Positions 20,123 to 28,767 of a stretch of DNA of 64,000 nucleotides are shown here, in pieces. The notes below the pieces were generated by a model. It was not told the origin of the DNA, did no database searches, and saw only the letters and a list, made by a program, of their open reading frames with translations. Source of the DNA: an uncultured Desulfobacterales bacterium (GTDB taxonomy: Bacteria; Desulfobacterota; Desulfobacteria; Desulfobacterales; C00003060); assembly GCA_964440795.1 (NCBI GenBank), contig CAYTTQ010000005.1, positions 1,415-65,414 of the forward strand, read 5' to 3'. The number at the start of each line of letters is the position of its first letter. Within the stretch, counting starts at the first letter, position 1. The position numbers and the translations under genes are program-made.

Positions 20123-20587
20123 TCATCGCTGACACGGGAGAAACAGAATGTCCGATTGTGGCATATGACTTCCGTTGCACCACCGACGACGATACTTTGA
20201 TAATGCGGCTGTCGCCCACCGAAAATGGCTCCCATGTTCCTTGCCTTGGCCTGCCAGGTGATAAAAATGGAGGATATGATTGTAAATATACTCCGCACCC
20301 ATAGCCAGGTTTCTTAACAGCGTTCCGCCCCAAAGCACTTTCGCCCCGAAGGCCGCATCCAAGGCTCTGACACTGGCCATCTGATGAACGCTGTAACATA
20401 CACCGCAGAAACGGCTGGTCACAAAGGAGGCGTCCCTGGGATCTCTTCCCTGCAACAGGGCCTCAAATCCCCGGGCCATAGTACCGCTACTCCAAGCGTC
20501 TTTTACCTTGCCGTCTTCCACCTCAACCGTTATGCCAAGGTGTCCTTCAATTCGTGTTACCGGATCGACCGTAATCATCTTACCCAT
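20123..20587 (-). pseudogene. [NiFe]-hydrogenase large subunit, N-terminal stump only (homology ~20251-20587)
   Basis: VDPVTRIEGHLGITVEVEDGKV...RFCGVCYSVH (RxCGxC Ni-binding motif)...HFYHL, then unrelated residues up to a stop 4 nt from the convergent rluD stop. Retains a strong AAGGAGGTGAT RBS. Full-length large subunits are several-fold longer, and no small-subunit gene is present. Confidence 0.7.
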
Positions 20588-20796
20588 TTTATATCACCTC
20601 CTTTCATGCCTTCTCCTTCGTCCGTTTCCTGAGTATCCCCCGTGGGGTTATCCGGAATCGTTCCATTCGCTTCATTCATTGTATATATACTCGCCTCGGC
20701 TTTAAGTTTCGGGGCAAAGTCCCCACCACACAACTCGGGGGATTAACCCAGGTGTCAACACCGTGTAGCCAATCCCCCACATGATAATTCATCTAT

Positions 20797-22890
20797 CTAT
20801 ATGTCACGATCGTAACAGGTCAAACAGCACCGCATACACCGATTCGCCTCTTTTAAGGCATCCCCTTCGCTGATCGTCAAATCCACCTCGGCGTACGTAT
20901 GCTGTCGTTCATATGAACCCGGTTCCAGTTCGGGTTGGCCGATACGGCCCTTTTTCTGAACACCTTCCACATGTTCGAATATGGTCCCGGGGATATGCCC
21001 GGTCATCCGTCCCGAATCGACTCGAAGCCTTGTCTCGGGGAAGGCCATTTCCTCGCCCACAAGATACTTGTGGATGCCCCGGGCGGCCCGCCTCCCCGCC
21101 CCGATGGCGGTAACCAAAAGTCCCGGCGGTCCGGCGGAGTCACCACTTGAAAAGACATACGGAATATCCGTTTGCTGCGTGTCCGGATCACAGACAATGG
21201 CCCCTTTCTGTGTTGAAAGTCTGGCCACGGCGGCGCCTTCCTCATTGACAAAGGAAGAATCCGTTACCTGGCCGATCGCCAAGACAAAGTTGTCCAGGGG
21301 AAGCACCGTTTCCGACCCTTCGATGGGCACCGGTTTTTGCCGCCCGCTGGCGTCGGGTTCTCCAAGTTCGTTTTTCAGATACTCGATACCGGTAAGGTTC
21401 CCGTCTTCGTCCGTGACGAACTTGGTCGGCGTACACAGCGTAATAAATTCGATGCCTTCGTGCTTACACGCCTCGATTTCCACCTGATTTGCCGGCATGT
21501 CCTTGATCTCTCTTCGGTACAGGCAGTAAACCTTTTCGGCGCCTAAGCGCACACTGGTTCGCAGGGCATCCATGGCCACATTGCCGCCCCCGATGACACC
21601 GACGCGCTTGCCGATCGGATTGGCCTCACCCAGACCTTGGCGTCTCAAAAAGATCGTCGCCGGAATAACCCCTTTGACTTTGTCTTCGTCGGGAATACGT
21701 GCCGACGCGTGATTCCATGCACCGATAGATGTAAGTACGGCGTCGTACCCAGCGCCCACGAGGGATTCCAAATCGAAGTCCACGCCGAACTTCACCCCCG
21801 TTTTGACTTGAACCCCAAGGTCGAGTATCCGTTGCACATCCTGACCCAGTATCTTCTTGGGCAGGCGATATTCCGGAATCCCATAGTAAATCATACCCCC
21901 GAGCTCCGGCATCCACTCATAGATCTTCACCTGGTGACCCAGCCGCCTCAAGAAAAATGCCGCACTCAAACCACTCGGACCGCCGCCCACAACGGCCACT
22001 TTGAATCCGGTATCCGGCGCCACCGGGATATTAATGGGCGCATTGTTATCAAATACCCAGTCGGAGCAAAACCGTTTTAGCTGGTTGATGGAAACGGGGT
22101 CGTCACCGCCCACCGCCCGGCGGCATGCGTCTTCACAGGGATGCGGACAAACCCGACCGATGGAAAGAGGCATGGGATTTCGTTCCATGATCGTCAGATA
22201 GGCCTGATCATATTCTTCATGTTTAATGTGGTCGATATACTTCGGGATATTGATTTCGGCAGGGCAGGTCTGCCGACAAGGGGCCAACCGATCCGTTCGC
22301 TCATGAAATCGCAAGACCCGCTGAGAAGGCGTTCTCACCTGCATGATGCCTTTGGGACATACGGACTGGCAAGCGCCGCAACCGACACAATTTTCAACCT
22401 TCACCACCGGGACGTTATCCGGCCCCATCTCCAGGGCGTCGAATAGACATGACTTAACACAAGTGCCGTATCCCAGACACCCGACGGTACACTCCTTGGC
22501 GCCCCCATAGAGCTGGGCGGCGGCTCGACAATCACTGATGCCCATATAATAGTACTTTTCCGGCGCCCGGAACCCTCCCGTACAGGTATTTTCGGACGTC
22601 AACGGTTCGGCGGCACCCACTTCCATGCCCATGACCGCCGCCGCACGGGTTGCGGAACCGGCTCCCCCGACGATGCAGGCGCTCACCGGGGCTTCCCCGG
22701 ACACAATAGCGGCGGCACAAGCACTGCATCCGGTATATCCGCACCCCCCGCAATTGGCACCGGCCAAACAGTCCTCAACTTCGGCAATCCGCGGGTCTTC
22801 CCAAACATAAAAGACCTTTGAGGCAATCCCCAGCAGGGTTCCCGAAACAGTCCCCAATCCCAACATGACAAGCAAGGCGTCTATCATCAT
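20797..22890 (-). CDS. rnfB: RnfB-like Fe-S subunit fused to a GltD/NfnB-type FAD/NAD(P)H oxidoreductase (697 aa)
   Basis: aa 1-~190: RnfB N-terminus (TM helix, AGANCGGCGYTGCSACAAA) plus a 2x[4Fe-4S] ferredoxin region (CVKSC.., CVGCGACQSVCP). aa ~200-697: CRQTCPAEINIPKYI..VCPHPCEDACRR, then VAVVGGGPSGLSAA and VGVIGGGNVAMD Rossmann motifs. Last gene of the rnf operon. Confidence 0.85.
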   Translation of the reverse strand: MMIDALLVMLGLGTVSGTLLGIASKVFYVWEDPRIAEVEDCLAGANCGGCGYTGCSACAAAIVSGEAPVSACIVGGAGSATRAAAVMGMEVGAAEPLTSENTCTGGFRAPEKYYYMGISDCRAAAQLYGGAKECTVGCLGYGTCVKSCLFDALEMGPDNVPVVKVENCVGCGACQSVCPKGIMQVRTPSQRVLRFHERTDRLAPCRQTCPAEINIPKYIDHIKHEEYDQAYLTIMERNPMPLSIGRVCPHPCEDACRRAVGGDDPVSINQLKRFCSDWVFDNNAPINIPVAPDTGFKVAVVGGGPSGLSAAFFLRRLGHQVKIYEWMPELGGMIYYGIPEYRLPKKILGQDVQRILDLGVQVKTGVKFGVDFDLESLVGAGYDAVLTSIGAWNHASARIPDEDKVKGVIPATIFLRRQGLGEANPIGKRVGVIGGGNVAMDALRTSVRLGAEKVYCLYRREIKDMPANQVEIEACKHEGIEFITLCTPTKFVTDEDGNLTGIEYLKNELGEPDASGRQKPVPIEGSETVLPLDNFVLAIGQVTDSSFVNEEGAAVARLSTQKGAIVCDPDTQQTDIPYVFSSGDSAGPPGLLVTAIGAGRRAARGIHKYLVGEEMAFPETRLRVDSGRMTGHIPGTIFEHVEGVQKKGRIGQPELEPGSYERQHTYAEVDLTISEGDALKEANRCMRCCLTCYDRDI

Positions 22891-22897
22891 CTATCTC

Positions 22898-23545
22898 CTA
22901 AATCATCCCCTTGAATCCCAGAAAGGCCAGCGACATGAATCCCGCCGTCACCAATGCAATGGCCACGTCCTGCAAGGGCCCCGACACCCGCCCGATGGTG
23001 ACCCGGTCGCGCATCCTCTTGTCGATCAAGGCAACGCCGGTCCTTTTTCGGGCCGTCACCCGTCCGACATTGATTCGCTCCCGAAGGCCGGCGAAAAGAA
23101 TAAGCGCCAACCCAAAACCGGCAGAATAGGACAAAGAAGAAACCAGCATCTCCAGAAAATTGTACTCCTCCGTGACATTGATCAAACAGACCCCCATGAC
23201 GGCGCAGTTGGTGGTGATCAGAGGCAGGAAAATCCCGAGACCGGCATACAACGCCGGTATGGTCTTTTTGAGGAACAACTCCACGAATTGGACCAACGAA
23301 GCGATTACCAGAATAAACACGATCGTTCGAATATATTCCAGGCCCAGCGGCTTAAGGAACACCATCTCCAAAATCCATGTAACGATGCCGGCCATGGCCA
23401 GCACGAAGATCACCGCCATGGCCATGCCTGTGGCCGTCTCCATCTTTTTGGAGGTTCCCAGAAAGGGGCAGTTGCCCAAATACTGAATCAACAAGATGTT
23501 GTTCACTAGGATGGCGCTTACGGCCAGCAACATGTAATCTCCCAT
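22898..23545 (-). CDS. rnfA: Rnf complex subunit A
   Basis: ILVNNILLIQYLGNCPFLG..LPLITTNCAVMG..LVTAGFMSLAFLGF. Carries a ~22-aa basic insertion before the last helix. Confidence 0.9.
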   Translation of the reverse strand: MGDYMLLAVSAILVNNILLIQYLGNCPFLGTSKKMETATGMAMAVIFVLAMAGIVTWILEMVFLKPLGLEYIRTIVFILVIASLVQFVELFLKKTIPALYAGLGIFLPLITTNCAVMGVCLINVTEEYNFLEMLVSSLSYSAGFGLALILFAGLRERINVGRVTARKRTGVALIDKRMRDRVTIGRVSGPLQDVAIALVTAGFMSLAFLGFKGMI

Positions 23546-23627
23546 CAGATGACTCCTTCATCGCCTCCGTTTTTCAGAAGGACGGCTAACCAGAAACCCT
23601 TTTATCGCCAAATCGGTCCACCAGTGT

Positions 23628-24242
23628 CTATCCCTTATTCCCCACCAGGTCCATCAACCCCAGCATCAGGCCCAAACAGACAAAAGCCCCGGGCGCCTCC
23701 ACCATAAACGTGAAGGGCTGGAAAGAGGGCCCGAAAAGCGGAATCACTTGGTCTGTTAAAGGAATGGAGACCGTTCCGTTGCCCAGGATTTCGCGAACAG
23801 CACCAACCGCGGTCAGCGAAAGAGTAAACCCCAGACCGATGCCGAGCCCGTCTGCGGCCGCATAGGTCACACGGTTCTTGAAGGCAAAGGCTTCGGCGCG
23901 CCCCAAAATGACACAGTTCACCACAATGAGCGGTATGAAAATGCCCAGCTGCAGAAACAAAGGATAAGCGACCGCCTGCATCACCAGCTCCACCACCACA
24001 ACAAAGGTGGCGATAATAATGATAAAACAGGGCACCCGAACCTTAACCGGGATTATGGATCGCAGTATGGAGACCAGAACGTTGGAACACAACAGTACGA
24101 AGGTGGCGGCCACCCCCATGCCGAACCCGTTGGCCACCGATTTGGTTACCGCCAAAATCGGACACAGGCCCAGCACCAGCCGGAAGGGTGGGATCTCTTC
24201 CCACAACCCCTTGGTGAATTCTTGAACAATCGTCTTGGCCAT
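23628..24242 (-). CDS. rnfE: Rnf complex subunit E
   Basis: FRLVLGLCPILAVT..IPLIVVNCVILGRAEAFA signature. Position between rnfG and rnfA. Confidence 0.9.
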   Translation of the reverse strand: MAKTIVQEFTKGLWEEIPPFRLVLGLCPILAVTKSVANGFGMGVAATFVLLCSNVLVSILRSIIPVKVRVPCFIIIIATFVVVVELVMQAVAYPLFLQLGIFIPLIVVNCVILGRAEAFAFKNRVTYAAADGLGIGLGFTLSLTAVGAVREILGNGTVSIPLTDQVIPLFGPSFQPFTFMVEAPGAFVCLGLMLGLMDLVGNKG

Positions 24243-24253
24243 TATTTCTCCCC

Positions 24254-24835
24254 CTAGTCGGTAACGGACTTCGCCTTTTCAACGATTTTCGGTTTCAGTC
24301 GTTCGTAGAAATCGGCGCTCTTGTTAATTCCCGTACACACACCTTTAGACGTAATGGTTGCTCCGGAAACGGCGTCCACATCATCAACCTCGATGGGGTC
24401 TTTTAAGGAAAGCCCCTGGAAACTGTTTTTGAACGCCTGGTCGGTTTTGGCTCTGGCGCCCAAGCCGGGCGTTTCGGAGTGAGTGGTAATGCCTACCCCT
24501 ACGAGTTGGTCGGTTTTGAGATCCACCCCGACCATGATGCCGATATCTCCGCCGTAACCCTTTCCAAAGGCCTCGTAGGCAACGGCCGTCGGTCTATTTT
24601 CAAACTTGCCCACAAAAAACGTCCGTTCCGTATCCCCGTCCATGAGCTTGAATCGATCCTGAATGGGATCGTTGGCTGCACCTTCCAAAATTGCTTTTAT
24701 GGCCGGCCCTTTTACAAATTTAAGCTGCTGGACCTCAATCTGTTTCGCCGTCCCGGACTTAACGGCCGCCAGCAACGCGCCGGAACATGCGGCCAGGAGG
24801 CCGAGAACCACGATCATCCGGATGATATCACGCAT
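24254..24835 (-). CDS. rnfG: Rnf complex subunit G (FMN-binding)
   Basis: Start at MRDIIRM with AAGGTGG RBS. Covalent-FMN motif DAVSGATITSKG. Confidence 0.88.
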   Translation of the reverse strand: MRDIIRMIVVLGLLAACSGALLAAVKSGTAKQIEVQQLKFVKGPAIKAILEGAANDPIQDRFKLMDGDTERTFFVGKFENRPTAVAYEAFGKGYGGDIGIMVGVDLKTDQLVGVGITTHSETPGLGARAKTDQAFKNSFQGLSLKDPIEVDDVDAVSGATITSKGVCTGINKSADFYERLKPKIVEKAKSVTD

Positions 24836-25805
24836 TTTCAACCACCTTTCCAACCGCTTTCGGTCTAATTTTGTCGAGGAGAGGGTTGGCGAGATTCAAC
24901 AACAGAATGGAAAATGGAACGCCGTCTACGTAGGCCCCCACATTACGAATCAACACGGTCATGAGGCCGGCCAGGCCGCCGAATATCAGCATGGGAATAA
25001 GGTTGACCGGGGATGAGGAATCTTCCGGAACCAGGAAAAATGCGGCGATCAACGTATAACCGGTAAACAAGTGGAATAGGGGACCGGCGTATGCGGTGGA
25101 ATCGGACAGATTAAACAGCCATGCCGTGATGAAGACACCCGCCAAGAAAGAAAGGGAGAGTTCCCACCGTACGTACCCTCTCAGGATCAGGTATATGCCT
25201 CCGATCACCAGTCCCAGCCCGAAAGTGGACCCGACCCCGCCGATCTGCTTGCCCATAAACAAGTCACCGACACTAAAGTGGGCAATACCCGCCGTTCCCA
25301 GGGCCTTCAAGTCGGCAAGGGGATAGGTCATGGCAAACCCCAATTCGTAATTACGCAGGGCCGTATTGAAGTCAAAGATACTTGCAAACGAAATGACCAG
25401 CATCGCCAAGGCCAGCAAGGGGGGATTTAAGGGGTTCAGACCGAGGCCGCCGAATATTTGTTTGCCTATGATGATCGCCAAAAACGTGCCCAAAACGACA
25501 ATCCACCAAGGTGCGGTCGCGGGTAACAGCATCCCGAACAAGAGGCCGGTTACCGCCGCGCTTCCGTCACCGATGGAAATACGCTTGCCGAGCAACAAGT
25601 TCATGATAAATTCCCAAATGACGGCCGACGCCGTCGCCAGGGAGATCATGCCCAGCGCCGGACTGCCATATTGGCTGATTCCCATGATTACTGCAGGAAG
25701 TGCAGCAAGCATCATCTGCCGATGCCTGGATGAAACCGTTCTGCCGTCATGCCAGTAGGGGGCATAAGAAACAACCAGTTTTTCACCACTTAAGTCCCTA
25801 TTCAT
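24828..25805 (-). CDS. rnfD: Rnf complex subunit D
   Basis: Polytopic NqrB/RnfD-like protein. The start overlaps the rnfC stop (ATGAATAG). Confidence 0.9.
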   Translation of the reverse strand: MNRDLSGEKLVVSYAPYWHDGRTVSSRHRQMMLAALPAVIMGISQYGSPALGMISLATASAVIWEFIMNLLLGKRISIGDGSAAVTGLLFGMLLPATAPWWIVVLGTFLAIIIGKQIFGGLGLNPLNPPLLALAMLVISFASIFDFNTALRNYELGFAMTYPLADLKALGTAGIAHFSVGDLFMGKQIGGVGSTFGLGLVIGGIYLILRGYVRWELSLSFLAGVFITAWLFNLSDSTAYAGPLFHLFTGYTLIAAFFLVPEDSSSPVNLIPMLIFGGLAGLMTVLIRNVGAYVDGVPFSILLLNLANPLLDKIRPKAVGKVVENA

Positions 25806-27090
25806 TTTCTGCCTCCGCGGCTTCCCTTAGGCCCAGTTCGCGCTTTGCCATCTGAATATACTGAAAAATTGGAATCCTGGACGGACACACATATGCACAC
25901 AAGCCGCATTCAATACAACATGCCAATTCATACATATCTCTGGCATCTTCGTAAAGGCTTGCTTCCAAAAAGCGAATGAGCATGTTTACCGGTATCTTAA
26001 CCGGACAGATCTTAATGCACTCTCCACAGTTGATGCAGGGATGATCCGCCAACAGCGGGCTTTCCTGCTGATCTTGTACCACCAGGCCGTCTGTTTGGGG
26101 CTCTACGGGCAGTTCGTCCGAGTAGGTAGCGTTCCCTCTCATCGGGCCACCCAAGACCAGCCGGTCGCGATCCTTGACGGTAATACCACAGGCCCCAAGC
26201 AGTGCTCGTAAGGGAGTCCCGATCCTGACTTTCAGATTGGTGGCCTTTCCGCCTTTCCTGACAACGCTGACCATTTTAGTGACGCACAGTCGGCCCGTGT
26301 CCACGCAGGCCCCCAAGGCGGCAACCGCTTCTGCGCTGATAAAGAACGCCCCGGCCTCCTCCGGTGTCTGACCTTCCGGTATCACGGTTCCCACAACGTC
26401 TTTCATAATCATGTGCGGTAGGCCGGACGGATACTCGACGCTCAAGGCCTTCGCCTCCGCACCGGTCGAAATCGCTTGTTGCACCATACCCTCGGGGACA
26501 GTGAGTAAAATGCGATCCACACCCGTCATATCTTTGAGCGCCTTAACTCCTGCCTTGACGGCGTCAAGCTCGTTGTGGATGATAATTTGATTGGCGGTCA
26601 AAAGCAAATCCTGGTCCTGGCCGCATATGACGATCATCCGTATTGAGGTGTTCGGATCGGCAAAGGTGCGGAAGGACGGGTTGCCCGGCAGATATTCAAA
26701 GAAGCGAAGGGCGGTGTCCAGTGAGGCGCCCCCCGTATATTCATCATCCCATTCGTCTTTTTCGTCAGCAGCGATGGTTATGGCGGTATACGATTGTTCA
26801 AATATGCCTCCGTAGGGATAGACTTCCCCGAAAGAACCGACATAGGGAAATAGACTGGAGATGGTCCCGGTTACGGAAGAAATGACATAGGTTGAGCTTT
26901 CGGCGGACTTACTCAATCTCTGGCCGGTTTTCACCTTGGCCCCGACCTCGAGATCCCCCCCCGCTTCGGGATTGTCGTCTCTCAACAGTAGGGTCACACT
27001 CTTCGGCACTTTAAGCTCTTGAACTTCATCCGGAACCACGTTGTAGTTCAGTTTCGGCCTCATAATTCCCAGAAACGGTCTTTTTATCAT
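25798..27090 (-). CDS. rnfC: Rnf complex subunit C-like, with a degenerate NADH/FMN-binding region
   Basis: Start MIKRPFLGIM at 27090; the listed 95-aa extension overlaps the cytochrome gene and was rejected. RnfC_N barrel and C-terminal 2x[4Fe-4S] (CINCGECIKICP, CIECGLCAYVCP) are present. The expected GxGGAGFP / ECEPY blocks read YLPGNPSFRTF / CGQDQDL. Confidence 0.85.
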   Translation of the reverse strand: MIKRPFLGIMRPKLNYNVVPDEVQELKVPKSVTLLLRDDNPEAGGDLEVGAKVKTGQRLSKSAESSTYVISSVTGTISSLFPYVGSFGEVYPYGGIFEQSYTAITIAADEKDEWDDEYTGGASLDTALRFFEYLPGNPSFRTFADPNTSIRMIVICGQDQDLLLTANQIIIHNELDAVKAGVKALKDMTGVDRILLTVPEGMVQQAISTGAEAKALSVEYPSGLPHMIMKDVVGTVIPEGQTPEEAGAFFISAEAVAALGACVDTGRLCVTKMVSVVRKGGKATNLKVRIGTPLRALLGACGITVKDRDRLVLGGPMRGNATYSDELPVEPQTDGLVVQDQQESPLLADHPCINCGECIKICPVKIPVNMLIRFLEASLYEDARDMYELACCIECGLCAYVCPSRIPIFQYIQMAKRELGLREAAEAENE

Positions 27091-27124
27091 AATACGATCC
27101 CCTGTGTTGGTATCCCTGTTGGCC

Positions 27125-27496
27125 TTAGTACTGCAAGTGGCATGTAGCGCATTCAACCGGACCGGCGCCGCTTTCTTCATGACAGCCCTGGCAATTGGTA
27201 TGGAAGGCATCCGATCGGGTGGGTTCGGTGTCCGCACCATGGCAGTAAGGTCCGCCACACCCCATGCCTCCGTCATCTTGCTCGTAGTGATGACAATCCT
27301 CGCAGTAAAAGCCGTAACCATCCTCGGACAAATGGGTTTGATGATCAAACAGGACCTTACCGGCACTTGTGTCAAATACCAGTCTTACCGGTTCATCGGG
27401 AACTTCCTGGGGAAACGATGCGTAACACACTACGCCGATAATGAGCAAGATGGCCGCCAGGCCATAAATAAACAACAGTTCCATCTTTGATGTCAT
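27125..27496 (-). CDS. Membrane-anchored tetraheme cytochrome c (c3-like)
   Basis: N-terminal hydrophobic anchor (LLFIYGLAAILLIIGVV). Four heme motifs: CEDCH, CGGPYCH (CX4CH), CQGCH, CATCH. First gene of the rnf operon. Confidence 0.8.
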   Translation of the reverse strand: MTSKMELLFIYGLAAILLIIGVVCYASFPQEVPDEPVRLVFDTSAGKVLFDHQTHLSEDGYGFYCEDCHHYEQDDGGMGCGGPYCHGADTEPTRSDAFHTNCQGCHEESGAGPVECATCHLQY

Positions 27497-27894
27497 TGTA
27501 TCAAACGTTCCTTTCGTCGTTTGAATCCCGATTGTTCAGAAACCAGGGAAAGTACAGGTCCGTTTATCTGCCGTGGAAGGATGTGTGTGATAGAAAACCG
27601 GGCAATTCCGCTCTTTGGCAACATTATCACCCTCGGTTGCGTAGGATACATCGTCAGGAAATGGTGATGATACAAGCTTCGTAGAGTTCGTCGGCCTTAT
27701 ATGACAAGTAGGCACTAATGTCAAGAAGAGATTTTCCGGGAGGCGGCACCCAGACGGTTCAGCGGAAAGGCGATAATTCCGACCCGCAGGTAGGAGACCC
27801 AGTGTCGGGCGGGCGTCTTGCCCATTTGAAACCGTGAGGTCCGGACCTCATGGACAGCGCCCATATCGGGGCATATCCCCATCTTCCGGCTTGG

Positions 27895-28329
27895 TTAACG
27901 GGCGTTCAAGGTCTCGTTAACCACCTTGATCAGTTCAGCCGGGTCGATCGGCTTCTCGATGTAGCCGTCCGGAACCGTATACTTGGAAAGCCCCGTCGTC
28001 TCCACAAACTTCTTTTCATCCCGCATCGGCTGTTTGAACATGAAGTTTCGAAAATCAACACCTGTAACGTCCGACACACCCGTTACGATGATGACCGGGA
28101 TATCACTCAGTTCAGGATCTTTTCTCAGCTCCTGAAACATGGTAATCCCGCTTTTTTTGGGCATCATGAGATCGAGCAACACCAAGTCCGGTTTCTCTTT
28201 CCGCAACAGTTCCAGCCCCTCCGTCCCGTCCTTGGCACTCACGCTTTCATAACCGTTCTCCTCAAGAAGCGCACTGAGAAAAGTAATGATGTCTAGCTCG
28301 TCATCCACAATCAGAATTTTCTTGGACAT
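27895..28329 (-). CDS. Single-domain response regulator (CheY-like receiver)
   Basis: MSKKILIVDDELD..DLVLLDLMMPKKSG..IVTG. GGAGGAAAAGG RBS. The listed 20-aa extension was rejected. Confidence 0.88.
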   Translation of the reverse strand: MSKKILIVDDELDIITFLSALLEENGYESVSAKDGTEGLELLRKEKPDLVLLDLMMPKKSGITMFQELRKDPELSDIPVIIVTGVSDVTGVDFRNFMFKQPMRDEKKFVETTGLSKYTVPDGYIEKPIDPAELIKVVNETLNAR

Positions 28330-28530
28330 CCTTTTCCTCCTTTCGGTACCAACAATCGGGCACGAACCATGGTGCGTTCGCTCTCGCACCGAAAACTATT
28401 TCACAGGCTGCTTTTTGCGTCTGCGGGAAAACATTTGATCACTTGATCACTCTGTTCCAGTATGTTATGTATCCGCGTCATGCGGAAGTTTTCTATACCA
28501 TTGAGAGAGTGACTGTGTCAAGGACTATGA

Positions 28531-28767
28531 GTGCCGCAGAGGAAATTGTCCCATGAACGAGTCCGGGAACCGGAAGACCTCTGCATCGAATTGCCCCTGG
28601 GCCTTTCCGAGGTCTTCGAGGCTTTGAAACAGATCTCATCGGGAAATCCCGAACCCCGGGTATCGGAAGAATCCAACCTGGAACTCATCTCCAAACTGAA
28701 GCACCTGGTGGCGGTGGTTTCCGACACGGGTGAGGGAATATCGACAACAAGGGGAGCCCAAAGATGA
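28531..28767 (+). CDS. Small hypothetical protein with a HAMP-like segment (78 aa), translationally coupled to the following kinase
   Basis: GTG start 6 nt after AAGGA. The stop overlaps the next ATG (ATGA). LSEVFEALKQISSGNPEPRVSEESNLELISKLKHLV resembles the N-terminus of the protein at 50100. Confidence 0.45.
   Translation: MPQRKLSHERVREPEDLCIELPLGLSEVFEALKQISSGNPEPRVSEESNLELISKLKHLVAVVSDTGEGISTTRGAQR

Noticed and set aside
20119-20250. Search for the missing part of the hydrogenase large subunit by frameshift
   Set aside because: None of the three minus-strand frames downstream of HFYHL shows the expected ALDW/continuing motifs. The segment overlaps the rluD 3' end, so this is a true truncation rather than a simple frameshift.
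27091-27375. 95-aa N-terminal extension of the rnfC ORF
   Set aside because: It overlaps the cytochrome c gene in another frame and has no RnfC similarity. A clean ATG (MIKRPFLG) at 27090 follows the cytochrome stop.
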